Assembly (NCBI GenBank): GCA_965240325.2 | Contig: OZ251234.1 | Coordinates: 124,001-188,000 of the forward strand | Direction: 5' to 3' | DNA: 64,000 nucleotides | Source: Rebecca billardiae RCC1528 | Taxonomy: Eukaryota; Protista; Haptophyta | In this document: positions 1 through 12,800 of the stretch, in pieces | Numbering within the stretch: the stretch's first letter is position 1 | Layout: each line of letters begins with the position of its first letter | Notes under the pieces: generated by a model | What the model was told of the DNA's origin: nothing | Seen by the model: only the letters and a program-made list of their open reading frames with translations | Database searches by the model: none | Position numbers and translations under genes: made by a program

Positions 1-296
1 CCGCGCCGAGAAGCGCCGCTGCGAGCGCTGCCCGTTGCGAGCGCATGAAAAAGCCTCGGGGAAGACGAGGCAGATCTACAGCCACGCCCCGTCCTCCTTC
101 GCCCTCCCGCTGTCCGCGCTTTGCAATTCGTCAAGTCCGGAGGATCATGTGCCTCCCGTCCGGGTATACAATCTGAAGTCTCGTCTGCTTGGGTCTTGCA
201 TTCGGAATTCGCCGGACACCGCAGCCGCTGCACTCCCGGACTTTGGCGAGCCCCGCATTGTAGCCACGCGGCCACTCGCTTCACCAGCTCGCAAGC

Positions 297-994
297 ATGG
301 CACGCGCGCGTGACGCGCTCGGCAGCGCGCGGGCGCGCGGCCACGCGTGGCCACGGCCGCGCGGGCGTCGGCTGCGGGTGATGCTGAACGTATGCGCGCG
401 CCACCGCACCCCGGCTGCGTCGACTGCCCCGCCGTCCGCGCCCAACAGGGTCGCGTGCGCAACAAGGTGGTCAAGCGCTCTGCGCGCCAGATCGTCGAGA
501 AGTACTACCAGCGGCTGACGATGGACTTCCAGACGAACAAGCGCATCTGCGAGGATGTGGCTATCATCCCGTCGAAGCGCCTGAAGAACAAAATCGCTGG
601 CTTCGCGACGGTGCGCCATGCGCCCATGCGCGTGCGATGGCGCTGGCTCGGCGGGGTGGGTAGGGTGCCCCACACGCAGCGCGCTCACGCATACCCGCCT
701 GCGCGTGCGTGGGCCATCGCCGCGCAGCACTTGATGAAGCGCATTCAGCGCGGGCCAGTGCGCGGCATCTCGCTCAAGCTGCAGGAGGAGGAGCGCGAGC
801 GCCGCCTCGACTTCATCCCGGACGTGTCGCAGGTGGACGTGGAGAACATCCCGGTCGATGCGGACACCAAGGCGATGCTGCGCTCGCTCGACCTGCACAA
901 CCTGCCTGGCTTGCAGGCGGAGGTCGCGCCCATCGGCGGCGGCGGCGGCGGGGGCGGTGGCAACCGCGGCCCGCCGCACGGCGGCCGGCGATAA
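297..994 (+). CDS. RPS17: 40S ribosomal protein S17 (eS17); exons 297-299, 449-610, 728-994
   Basis: Spliced product M|[54 protein letters not shown]|[32 protein letters not shown] is the eS17 family sequence. Introns are 300-448 (GC..AG) and 611-727 (GT..AG). Confidence 0.97.
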
Positions 995-1581
995 GCGGGC
1001 GTGGCGCGGTGGCACGTTCAGCTGGCCGGTGGCGCGCTGAGCCGACGGCTCGGAGCTGCGCCGGGGAGCGCTGCTGGGTGAACGTGGCGATGTCTGGCGC
1101 AGTGGCAGGCTGCGCGAGCCTACCTCTGCCGCCTCGCGCGGCAGCTGTCGACGATGGGCTGTTTGAAGCGGCCCTACTGCTCACGCGGTTCGGTGCTCCT
1201 GAATCGCGTGTGGCCGAATCACACGACGTGCTCGATGCACACAGACGGTCGTGAGACGTGACCGAATCACGTGTCAATGTCAGTCGATGCAGCGGTGGCC
1301 CGGTGGGCTAGACTCTGAGCTGTCGAGTCTCTGACTGTGCGGGCGCAGACTGTCTCTGCTAGTGAGACTACCACGGCCAGTGGCCGCAGGGGCGGTCACC
1401 GGCCGAGGGCTCCGGAGCCCGGGACGGTGCGGCTGAGGCCTTCGGAGTGCGCAGGCACGCAACAAGTGGTCATCACAGAGCTCGCTCTCAAGCACACGAG
1501 TTGGGGGGCCGGCCGCCACAGCGGCGCGCGAATTTTCGGTTTCGCCGGCTGCCCGGGCGTGGGTTCCGGCCGCGGTTCACG

Positions 1582-3188
1582 ATGCCGGGCACGAGCAAGC
1601 CGCTGGCGCGGCTGCCGCCGCGGCGGGCGGACATGCGGCAGAAGCCCGTGAACGTCTTCGACTCGGGCCACATGTCCATCGACAACATCAAATCCGTGTA
1701 CATCACCGCCGCCATCAACGCGGAGAAGCGACAGATGCGCTCGATCCCTGGGCTGGTCCGCGCGCCGCCCGACACGGCGGGCGCCGCGGGCGTGGCACCC
1801 GCCAGGTTCGGCGGCACGCAGACGCCCGTTCTCGGGCGCGACGCTCCCGTCTGGTGGTACGGCGGGCCTCCGCTCAAGGCCTCGACGCGCGGCTTCACCG
1901 AGGAGTGGCAGCCGGAGATCCCGGCGCCGCGCGTGAAGGCGCCGATGAAGCTGCCCGCGGACGACGTTGTGGCCACGCCCCCGGAGGACACGGAGAAGCC
2001 GACGCGCTCCGCCGAGGGCTCGGAGGGCCGAAGGTTTCAGCGCCTCGGCGTCGTCCAGAAGGACATCCCGGACAAGGTGACGCGTATCTCGCACTCGCTC
2101 GACCGCGCGCCGACGCGCGCACCGGACGGGCTGGGGCACACGCTGCCGTCGCTGCAGGGCGCGATGGAGTACTTCCCGCGGAGGCCGGAGAAGGAGGAGT
2201 ACCTGCACGGGTACGAGCTGCAGAAGGCGCGGCGCGTGCGCCTGCGTGACGACCCGCCTGTCCCACCGCCCGTCGACCCGAGCAAGATGGCGGTCAAGGT
2301 GTCGCTCTTTGCTCCGGAGGACGCGGCCGTGCTCGGACCCGCCCCCTTTGACCCGTCGAGGCGGCGCGTGCCGCCGCCGCCGCACGGGCGCGTGCGGAAG
2401 CCCGGCGCGGTCAAGATCACGATCGCACCGCCGGGCGGGGTCGAGCCCAACCGCATGCCGGCCACGGGGCCCGCGGGCAAGGCGCGCGGCGCCCGCGACA
2501 ACGTGGGCGGCGGCGGGGACGGCGGTGTGGCCGAGGCGATGAGAGCGGACGCCCCCGCGCGTGCGCAGCGGGCGGAGGGGCGGGCAGCGGATGCGCGGCC
2601 CGCCGAGCGTGAGGCAGCGGCGCCACTCGCCGCCTCCGAAGGCGTGGGCGCCCAGACTCCGCCGCCGGACTCTTCCACAGGCGCGCGGCGCGGCGTGACG
2701 TTTGCCGCACCCGTGGACGGGGCGGGCGCGCAGCAGCAGGCCGCCAGCGCGGCCGCGTCCGCGGTGCTGCCAAGATCCAGGCCCATGGCGTTCGCGGGCG
2801 AGGTGCGTGCGTGCGCCGCGCGGGTCGCGCGACGCTGGGAGGTGGCCGCGCGCCGTTGCTCGGCGCGCGCGGCTGGTCTCACCGCTCGGTGCCGCCGGGC
2901 CGCCTCCCTGCCCGCGCCGCCCCGACTCCGCAGGACTCGAGGCAGACGTATCGCTTCGGCGAGGCGGCGACGCACGAGGAGATGGCCTTCGACCCGGTGT
3001 ACCCGGAGAAGCACGCGGCGAAGGACACGGAGGTCACGTACCGCTTCGGCGAGAGGGGCGAGGACGATCGGCGCCACCGCGACAACTTCGACTCGGTCTA
3101 CTCGAGCGCGCACGCGAAGAAGGACACGCGCTCGCAGATCCACTTTGGCGACTACGAGGGGCCGCTCGGACGCTCGGTGCTGTGGTGA
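1582..3188 (+). CDS. Pro-rich protein of unknown function with C-terminal repeats; exons 1582-2802, 2934-3188
   Basis: Long ORF with coding-like codon usage from ATG 1582. Intron GTGCGT(2803)..CCGCAG(2933) joins it to a terminal exon with duplicated TYRFGE..FD.VY...HA.KDT motifs. Stop TGA at 3186-3188. Confidence 0.75.
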
Positions 3189-4125
3189 CGAGCGCAGACG
3201 AGGCGCTGTCCACCGATCCTGCTTATTGGCTATTATTGCCGATCGATCGCTGCTGCCACACCAGGCGGTGGGCGATGGATGACTCGCCCGTTGCTGACAG
3301 TATACTGAACGTACCGCAACGGGGCCGGGACCCGAGGCGCGCCGGCGGCCGAGTTCAGCGGCGCGGCCTGGCGCGCCGTCGCAGACTGATGCTACGTACT
3401 ACGGCAGCTGATATATTACTTGATAGATAACTCAGATATTCATCAGATATAAGACTACGAGTGCTGCTGCATGAGCCGAGCCCGAGTCGCGAGACGACTG
3501 CCGTTCCGCGCGGCGCGAGTTTCCGCGACGCGTCGACGGTATATGCTATACGCTGCCAGGTGCCGCCAGGTAGTACTAGTAGTGGACCGTGGCGGCGCAG
3601 CAGCATGTGGGGAGGTTAGGCGGCGTGGCTGTGCCGCCTGATGCACGCTGGGCGCCCATGTACGTGGCGGCCTTCAACGCTGCGCCCGCTGAGGCCGGCG
3701 AGCGTCACGACCGCGCGACTAGTCCACGTGGTCAGCACGACGCGTCCGACTACTCGCGTGCCGCGACGCGCTATCGTCTACGCCCGCTTCATTGCCTCCG
3801 ACGACGCACGTCTTCTGCGGGCAACGGCGATCGCTCACCCATGCGGCGGCGAAGCCGCCATCCGCCACGCTTTGTCGTTGGACAGAGCGCGGAACACATT
3901 GATGATTCGTTTTGAAAGTACTGGAAGGCGTTTGTTCAGCTGGCGCAACGCCCCTGTATATCGACGACGACAGTAGCGGTCGTCCCAGGCGCCTGATATG
4001 GCGGCCGCCGGTTCGGACCGCCGGGGATCTTGCCGTCAAGTTTGGGCGCTTCCCACTGGCCACTCCCAGACCCAGTCAGACTGTCGATTGAGACTCAGAC
4101 CGTTGTTGAGTGTTGACCAGTGGCG

Positions 4126-5049
4126 TTACGACAACACTGCGACCAAGTCGTTCGCGACGACATCGTCCCGCAACACAAAGCCGCACACAAATGCCAGCGC
4201 CTGACTGCAGTCGGGCGGGAGCGCGATGGGATCGAAGCCACCGCTTGCATACCGCCTCGTCGCTTGCACGCTCACGCCAGCGTGGCTCGCCCACGGCGAA
4301 CGCCGCGCAGCCTCGGTGCGGGCAGCCGGGTGCAGCGCATGCATGCGCGCGCATGATGACGCCGGCCCGGTCGGCCCGGCGCGACGCGCCGGCGCCGGCG
4401 CGGGATAGGCGGCCTCAAGAGCGCGAGCTGGCCTCCACGGCCGCACGTGCACGCACATCACCTGCGAGGCTGACGCCGCCTGCTCGCTGGCACTCGGCTG
4501 CGGCTGCAGGGTGATCGCGCCCTCGGCCTCGCGTGCAGCTGGCCGAGCATGCATGTGCACGCGTTGCGAGACTGATGCGGTCTGCTCGGCTTGACGCGGC
4601 TGCGGCTGGAAGGCTGTGCGATTGCGATGGGCTTGGGCCCGATCCTCGCGCTCGAGCGCCTCGTACCTGTGCCGCTCCTCGGCGCTGAGCATGTTGAACG
4701 CGCTCCAGGCGGCTGCGCGGTCTTTGATCAGATTGAACTTGCGAGGCTTCGGCGGCTTGAACGTCGCGCTGAAGCGTTCACGGACGAAGAACTCGAGGGC
4801 AGTCTTGGCTCTTGGGCTACGTGCCGCAGCCTTGTTCGCCGGCAAGGCCGGAGCCGTGGCCGCGACGCTCGTGCTGCGCGTAGCGCGACGCGCGCGTGCG
4901 GCTGGCTTGGGCGTACCTGAGCCGCTCGGGTTGGCGATGGGCGCCCTCGGTGTGAGGAGCACGTCTCGGCAAGCGCCATCGTGGTCGACTCGAGCGATCG
5001 CAGCGAAGCCGTCGGCGCTCGTGTTCACCGAGTTGCGCGCCGTCAGCAT
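4126..5049 (-). CDS. HMG-box-like DNA-binding protein
   Basis: Segment PRAKTALEFFVRERFSA...AAWSAFNMLSAEERHRYEALEREDRAQ resembles an HMG box. First in-frame ATG is at 5049. No intron required. Confidence 0.6.
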   Translation of the reverse strand: MLTARNSVNTSADGFAAIARVDHDGACRDVLLTPRAPIANPSGSGTPKPAARARRATRSTSVAATAPALPANKAAARSPRAKTALEFFVRERFSATFKPPKPRKFNLIKDRAAAWSAFNMLSAEERHRYEALEREDRAQAHRNRTAFQPQPRQAEQTASVSQRVHMHARPAAREAEGAITLQPQPSASEQAASASQVMCVHVRPWRPARALEAAYPAPAPARRAGPTGPASSCARMHALHPAARTEAARRSPWASHAGVSVQATRRYASGGFDPIALPPDCSQALAFVCGFVLRDDVVANDLVAVLS

Positions 5050-5304
5050 GCTGCCCCGAACTCGATCGCCGTCGTTGGCGTCGTCCGCTGCGGCCTGCGC
5101 GGGACCGGTCGTCCAGCGCTTGCTCACGAGCGAAGCGGCTTGGCGCGCGGTCCGGGTTTTGCACGCAGTGCTTTTTCAGCTTCCGGACCGACCCCCACCG
5201 GCTGGAGGATGGCCAGTACACCGAGCGATTGGAGGGCTTGAATTTGATCGTCAAGAGTTTGGGCGCGGCCGCCGCCCCTCGCGAGGGCGTCGGGAGCTTC
5301 GACG

Positions 5305-7077
5305 ATGGGTCGCGTCATCCGCACGGTCAACGTGACGAGCGCCGGCGAGCTGCAGGCACGGCTCGTGCGCGCGTGCGACGCGCAAGGGCGCACCTCCGAC
5401 GGCACGCGGCTGCGCCTCGCCGACCGCGACGGCACGCTCGTGATCCAAGTGTTCTCCGCGTCGGCGATCGCACCGGTGGCGTCCTGGCCGCTCGTCGATT
5501 GCTGCCGGGAGGACGTCTCCGGCGTGAACCGGGGCGATGCCATCCTCCACTTCGACCCGATCGACGAGCGCCACGCCATCACCATCCAGGGCGCCGCCGC
5601 GCAGGAGCTGCAGGCGCTGCTGGTGGGCGTGCACAGCCTCAAGCGGGGCGCGCACCCGCTGATGGGCGCTGGCGCGGTGCGCGCGCACGCGCCGGCGGGG
5701 ATGGGGCTCGGCCGTGTCCCCGCCGGCTGCGCGTCGCGCGAGCCCGCCGCCTCGCCACGCAACGAGAACGTGCAGCCGGCGCGAGCGCGGGCGCACGGGA
5801 CGCCGCCGCGCCGGCCGCAGCCGCGCGCGCCGTCATCGGCCGATCGTCACGACGCGACGCCGCCGCGCGCGTCCGCGGGGCGTGCCGCGCCGGCGCAGAC
5901 GCCGCCGACGAAGCGCCGCCAGGCGCTCTCGCCCAACTCGCCCCTCGCCAACTCGCCCGCCCCGCCCTCGCCGCCGCCGCCCGCTCGCACCTGCGGCAAG
6001 CGCCGCCTCTCGTCCGCGTGGGCGGCGGGCTCGGGCTCGCCCAGCGGCGCCTGCTGCCCGGACGCGTCGGGCTCGCCGCCGCCGCCGCGCGGTCGGAAGC
6101 AGTCGCGCGTGAAGAGCAAGCCCACCATGACCGACGACGACGGCGTCGGCTTCGCGCTCCCCGGCGCGCTCGGCGCGCTCGACACCTCGCCGGCGCGCGC
6201 GGGCGGCGTGTTTGCGGAGGGCGGCGAGTGCGCCGACGCGGCCGCGGAGCGCGCGCGCGCGGGCGAGCACGAGACCTTCGGCGGGCGCGGCTTCGGCGGG
6301 CGCGGCGGCGCGGCGCGGCGTGTCTGGTCGCCCTCGCCCGACGTCGACCCCGCGGCCGACCAGCCCGTCATCCCCCGTGGGCTCAACTCGCTCTTCGAGC
6401 GCGCGCGCGCCGCGCCGGCCGAGGCGGGGCCTGTGCGCTCGGCCGCTGCGGACGCGGAAGCGCTGTGGACGGACGCGCTCGGCGGAGAGCACGCGCAGGT
6501 GCGCGCGAGCGCGCGGCGCGCGCGCGTGGCGAGCGCACGCGCGTACAGCCCACGCGGCGCGTGTGCCCGCGCGCGCCATCCCCGTCCGTCGGTTCGCGGC
6601 GCGCGCGCGCGCAGCCGGCCGGCGCGCGCGAGGCAGCAGCGTGGGGCGCGCACACGCCACCGGCGCGCACCGGCCGCCACGCCCTGCTCGCCATCCACGA
6701 CGAGAACGTGGACGCGCCCGGCTCGTCCGCGCGGCGCGCCGGCGGCTTCCGCCGCCCGTTCGGCCGCAGGCTCGGCGGCCCCGCGGACGCGCAGCCGGGT
6801 GCGCAGCCCTGCCTGCCCGCCTCAGGGCCGCCGTTACCCGCTGCGGCGCTCGACGCGCGCCGGCGCGGCTTGCCGAATGAGGGGAACAGCTGCTACATCA
6901 ACGCCGTGCTGCAGGCGCTAGCGTCGGCGCGCACGCTGCGGGGCGTGCTCGCGAGCACGGTCGCGCAGCTCGAGCCGCTGTGCGCGAGCGCCGAGGCCGC
7001 CGCCGCCCCGCCCTCGTTCATGCAGCACGCGCACCAGCCAGCCAGCGCGGCGCGCGCGGGCGCGGACGCGGGCGGCA

Positions 7078-7116
<39 letters not shown>

Positions 7117-8495
7117 TGTTCGGCTCGGCGCAGCAGCGCACCCGGCGGCCGCTGCGCCTCGCGAAGGCGCTGCTTCAGCTGGTGCACCCCGCGCCGCTCG
7201 GCGCCGACGCCCCGCCGGGCTGCCCCGCGCCCGCCCTGCCCGCCCTCGACGGCGCGCCGTGCGCCGAGCAGAGCGGCGCGGCCGTGCAGCGCGCCTCTGT
7301 GCTGCTGGGCAACCTGAGGCGCGCGCTCGCCCACCGCTCCGGGTCCAAGCTGGGCGCGCTGTCGTCGCACGCGCAGGAGGACGCGCACGAGTGGCTGGTG
7401 CTGCTGCTCAGCGCGCTCGAGGACGACTTCCGCCCGGCGCTGCTCCGCGCGTACGAGCAGGCCCAGCTCGCGCACACGCCCGACCACCCCGCGCGCGCGG
7501 AGGGCGCGCGCGCCGCGCTCACGCCGCCGGCGCCGACGCCGACGCCGACGCCCCCGCCGCCGCCGGGCGCGGAGGGAGGCTCGGCGAGCGGCGGCGCGGC
7601 CGGCGCCGACGCGTCGGCGCCGGACGGCGCGCTCGCCGCGCACTGCCCGCTCCGCCGCGCGCTGGGCTCGCAGCTCCGCCGCTCCTTCCACTGCGCGCGC
7701 CCCGGCTGCCCTGGCAGCACGCACGCGCTCGAGTGGAGCTCGCATCTCTCGCTCGACCTGGGCGAGCGCACTGCGCACTGCGCGGAGGGCGGGGCGCTCG
7801 GCGACGGCGGCGGCGGCGCGCTGGGCACGCCGCCGGGGCCCGGCGCGCCGCCCGCCGCGCCGCCCGCCTCCACCCTCTCGCAGCTCCTCGAGCGCTACTT
7901 CGCCACCGGCCGCGTGGAGCGCACGTGCCCGCGCTGCGCGTGCTCGGAGGCAGCGGTGGAGCCGAGCCTGGACGTGCCGCCCGCGTGTCTGCTGCTGCAC
8001 CTCAAGCGCTTCCGCCCCAGCCTGCTCGATGGCGGCGTGGCGTGGCGCAAGTGCACGGCGCGCGTGGGCCTGCAGGAGACGCTCGACCTCACGCGCTACC
8101 TCACCGCCGCCGAGGGTGAGCGCCAGCTCCCGCCGAGCGTGGGCGCGCAGCTGCGCGCGGCACGCGCCGCCGACGTGTCGCCGAGCGCGCGCTACCGGCT
8201 GAGCGCGATCGTGCGGCACCACGGCCGCAGCCTCGAGGCGGGGCACTACACGGCGGAGTGCGCGTGCCCGCCGCACGCGCCGCAGCCCGGCGCCACCGCG
8301 CCCGACGCCGAGACGCTGCGCGCCGCGTGCCCGGGCCTGGACGCCCCCGACGCCGCCGCCGTGCGCGAGGCTCTGGACGCGTGCGCCACGCCCTGGCTGC
8401 ACTTTGACGACCTCAGCGTCACCCAACGGGACGCGCCGCCGCTCGAGCTCGCGGCGGCGGACGCGTACCTGCTGGTGTACGAGCGCCTGCCCTGA
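5305..8495 (+). CDS. Ubiquitin-specific protease (peptidase C19), possibly USP37-like with an N-terminal PH-like domain; exons 5305-6498, 6615-8495
   Basis: Cys box GLPNEGNSCYINAVLQAL, QEDAHEWL, His box YRLSAIVRHHGRSLEAGHY, WLHFDD and AYLLVYE. Phase-0 intron 6499-6614 (GTGCGC..GCGCAG) joins the two ORFs. Confidence 0.92.
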
Positions 8496-9831
8496 GCCCG
8501 ACGCCAAGCCGACGACGGCGCCGATCCGCTGCTGAGCGGTGGGCGCCGCGCGGCTGGTCACGGCTGCTGCACCGCCGGGCAATACTACTTAATAACGACG
8601 GCAACCGGCGCAGCGCAAGCACGGCGCCGCCTACTGGCCAGTACAGCAGTACTATATATACTGTATACTCATCATCAATATACGATACATGCGGAATTGC
8701 GCTGCGCTAGCTGCTTGTATATCGTCAGCGTAGCAGTCGTACCGCGTGACGATGATGGGGCCGTGGGCGTGAATGTGATGGGCGATACTTAGCATCGTCC
8801 GCCCGCGCGGATCACATCATGATTGTGATTGAGCGCCAGGCCGAGCTGACGCAATGAACTTGATGAACTTGAAGTATAGCAGTGATGATGATCAGCATGA
8901 TGATGACGGATCGCGCGCGGAGCCGGAGGCAGCGCTGAGCGCACGCAGCACTTTACATCAGGAGTATCAGCTGAGCGGCCGAGCGCCAGTGACTCTGACA
9001 GCTCACGGTCGGTCGCGGGGGGCTGCTTAGTGCTGATATGTCGGCCTCCTCATCCTGACGCATCGCATCTATCGCCGTATATCGCGGCGCAGCATGCATG
9101 TCCGACGGCCGCCCAGATATCCGAGAGCATGTGATCGGATATGATTATATATATGTATACAGCTTGGAAGACGCAGCTCGAGAGCCGCCAAGCCGCACGA
9201 GAGCGAGGCACGAGGCACCATCGTGCAGAGGCGGGCGCCCTGAAAGATGCAGGCCCAGAACAGCTGCAGCCATCAGGACAGTGGGCGCTTCCGAAACGAA
9301 GGGCGTCGTCCGCTGCGTGAGCGAGAGAGACACAGGGCAGCGTCGGTCGGCTCGGCGCCAGATGAAAGAATCCAGGCCACCAATTGGCTGTCCAGAGCCA
9401 CCATGCCAACCCGCTCAAAGCTCAGGAGCAGCACAACGAGTTAGCTAGTTCTGGGCCGTTGTGCGCGCGCACAGAGCAGGCTCGAAAGACCCTCGTGGCA
9501 CGAGAAGAGGGTGGCCAAGATGGCAGCCGGACTTGCGCTCGGCCGCCTGCCTCGGGCCGATTGGCAGGCAGGTGTTGATACCATACGGCGCATTGCGCTC
9601 CCACCGTCCTCTTAGACAATCAGTTATTGTGCCAATAACCCCACATATATATATTATCATATTATATCAGCATACGTGATACGACTGATTGACCGCCCCG
9701 GCCAATAATAGGCAATATGCTGACGATGTGATGTTAAATTGTGATATATACTATATATATGATGATGGCCCCACGCCCTGACGAATCTCATCGGCTCGTC
9801 GTGTCGTCGTTAGAAGCTCGTCAGCTGACAG

Positions 9832-12800
9832 CTAGCCCACCCTGCGCAGCCGCTCCGCGATGTCGTCCATCGAGCCAGCGCTCGCCTCGTGCGGCTGCTT
9901 CGCCGGCCCCTCCGCGTCCATCAGCGCGGCGGGCGGCGAGCCGCCGCGCGACGACGAGCGGCGGCGCGCGCTCATCCGGCGCTCGGCGGCGGGCACGTAC
10001 GGCGCGGAGGTTGAGCCGACGCCGGCCTCGCCCAGGTCTGCCGGCACCATCGGGCCGGCGTGCAGCGCGGTCTCGAGGGCGCTGCTGCCCTCCGCGCCGC
10101 CCGCGGGCGCGTCGGGGCGCGAGCCGCGCCGCGCCACCGTCGCGCGGTCGCGCGACGCTCGGCGCGAGCCGAGCTTGGGCACCGCGGGCGGCGGCTGCGG
10201 CGGCTGCGGCTGCGGCGGCGAGGCGTGGCGCGGCGGGCGCCCCGCGCCGCCCGGCGCCGGCGTCGCGCCGGCCGGCCGCCTGCCTGCGCCGCCGACCGTG
10301 GGCGGCGTGCTGGCCGTGCGCGCGCCGCCGCTAAAGCTGAACTGGCTGGCGGTGCGCTCGAACTTGTGCGCGCTGCCGCCGATGCTCGCCGCCGCGCGGA
10401 ACGACGCGCCGGTGCTGCTGCCGCCGAGCGAGGGCGTGCGCGAGAGCCGCGTGCGCCGCTTCTGCGCCTCCGCCTCCTCGCGCTGCCGCGCCTCCGCCTC
10501 GGCGCGCGCGCGCCTCAGCGCCTCGGAGTGCGCGCCGGTCGCCGCGTCCACCGCGAGCAGCGCGGACGTGTCGTCGACCGTGGCGGGGCGCGTGGCCGCG
10601 CCCGCCGCGCGCGCCATCGCCATCAGGCTGGGCGCGTCGGCGCCCGCGCCGGCGGTGCCCGGCCGCGTCGCCACCACGTGCAGCGCGCGCGCGATCGCGT
10701 CCGCGTCGGTGGGCGCGCCGCCCAGCTGCGCGCCGGCCGCCGCCTCCGCCTCCGCGCGCTTGCGCGCGCGCCGCCGCGCGCGGCGCTCCTCCTTGGCGGC
10801 GGCGGCCGCGTCGGCGTGCGCGCTGAGCGGCTCGGCGTCCGACGGCTCGAACGCCTCGCCCAGCTCCGCGTCGAGCGCGGCCGACGCGCCGGGCTGCGCG
10901 CTGAGCGCCCGGCCGAGGTGTGCGCCGTGCGTCGCGCCGCGGTCGAGCGCTGAGCGCGCGCCGCGCCGCTCGGTCGGGTCGGCGGCGTCGGGCGGGAGGC
11001 CGTGCGCCTTGACGCCGTGCGAGTGCGCGCGCGCCGCGGCGGAGGGCCTGCGCCCGCGCCGCGCCTCGCCCTCCGCGCCGCCCCCGCCCTCCGCGCCCGC
11101 CTCGTCCACGTGCCTCCCCAGCGCCAGCGCCACCGCCCTGTGGGTGAGCGTCGCCTGCATCTTGGAGACCGCCTGGCGGATCTCGCGGGCGCCTGGGGAG
11201 GAGCGGCGGTGGGAGGGCGAGACCGAGGCGCGGTCCTTGGCGAGGGAGTGCAGCACCGAGGCGAGCCCGCCGCCCGAGGCGGAGAGCCGCTTGTTCGTCG
11301 CCTTGGCCACGACGGCGCCGAGCCCGCCGCCCAGGCCGCGCGGCGGCCCGGCGGCGCCGCCCGCGGCCGCGGCCGCGCCGAGCCTGCCGCCGAGCCGGCC
11401 GCCGCCCGCGTCCGCGCCGCCGCCGGCCAGCCGCCCGCCGCCCGGCGCGGGCAGCGGCTTCGGCTTGCGCTCCGCGCCCCACATCCGCGCGAATGCGCGC
11501 AGGCACGACTGCAGCAGGATGTCCGTGCGCACCACGCAGTTCTCCACCGTCGGGGACGCGTCCGCGCCCGACGCGCCCGCGCGCCGCGCAAGCGCCTCCC
11601 AGCTGAGGCCGCCCTTCTGCCGCGCGCCTGCGGCGTGGCGCGGTACGGCGGTGCGGCGGTGCGGTGCGCGTGAGCCGCGCGAGCCAGCGCGCGCGCCCCC
11701 CCCTCGCGCCCCTCCCCCCTCCCGCCGCCGCCGCGCACACCTGCGAACCCCGAGGCCAGCTTGCTGTGCGTGTGCGCGCGCACGTTGGCCTCATGCAGCC
11801 GCTGCAGCTGGGGCAGCTCGAGCTCGAGCGCGGTGCGGACGAGGCCCTCCCAGAACTCCTTCCACGTCATCTGCACGTCCACCGCCGCGTCCGCGCCCTG
11901 CGTCGCGGAGAGCAGGTCGCCCATCTCCTCCGACTGCGCAGCAGGAGCGGCGCGAGGGCGTGAGCGGGGCGTGAGCGGGGCGTTATGCGCGCGCGCGCGC
12001 GATCGATGCGCGCGATGCGCGGTGCGAGGCGCGCGGCGCGCGCGCGGCGCGCGCGCGGTGCGGCGGCGGCGCGTGCGCACCTGCGCGGCCAGGAAGACCT
12101 TCTGCAGCTGCGCCGCGTTGAGCGGCGGCGGCATCGGCTCGGCCGCCGCCCTGAGCTCCCGCCGCGCCGTCGGGCTGGCGGCCGGGCCGCCGCTCGCGTT
12201 GAGCGCGCCCGGCGCGCCCTCACCGCCCAGCAGCGCCTCGAGCGCGCCGGCCGGCCCTGCGCCAAAGATGGGCGACGGGTGCTGCGCGGCGCCGGGCGGC
12301 GGCCCGAGCGTCTCCGCCGCGCCGAGCCGCTCCTGCGCGCGCTCCTCCGCCATCTCCGCCTCGTCCTCCTCCAGCGCCGCCCAGCACGCCTGCCAGAACA
12401 GCCCCCACTCGCCAAAGCCCAGTGTGGGCCCTCTGTTGGCAATCCACTTGCGGATTGCGAGCCGGCTGGCGGCGTTGCGCGCGGCCGCGGCCGCGGCCGC
12501 GTCGGAGCCGCCGCGGCTGGCGGCGGCGGTCTTCCACTTGCCGCCCAGCTTGGCGAGCAGCCGCGCGTGGTAGTCGAAGATCGCCTTGAGCGAGTCCTGC
12601 GGCGGGCGCGGGTGCCGCACGGGTCGCGGGGCGCGGCGGGGCGCGGCGCGGGCGGGCGCGGGCGCCGTCGGCGCGCGCGCGGCGCGCGCGCGCGCGCGCG
12701 CGCGCGCACGGCGCGGGTGCGCGGTGGGTGCGGTGCCCCGCTGCCGCCGCCCTGCGCCCTACCCCACGCGCCGCCGCGCGCCGCGCCCGTCCGCGCCCCA

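Noticed and set aside
9050-9680. Short ORFs in the intergenic stretches 9050-9680, 16400-17200 and 22600-23550
   Set aside because: No recognisable domains, host-like codon bias or terminal repeats. They may be decayed elements, but I cannot support that.
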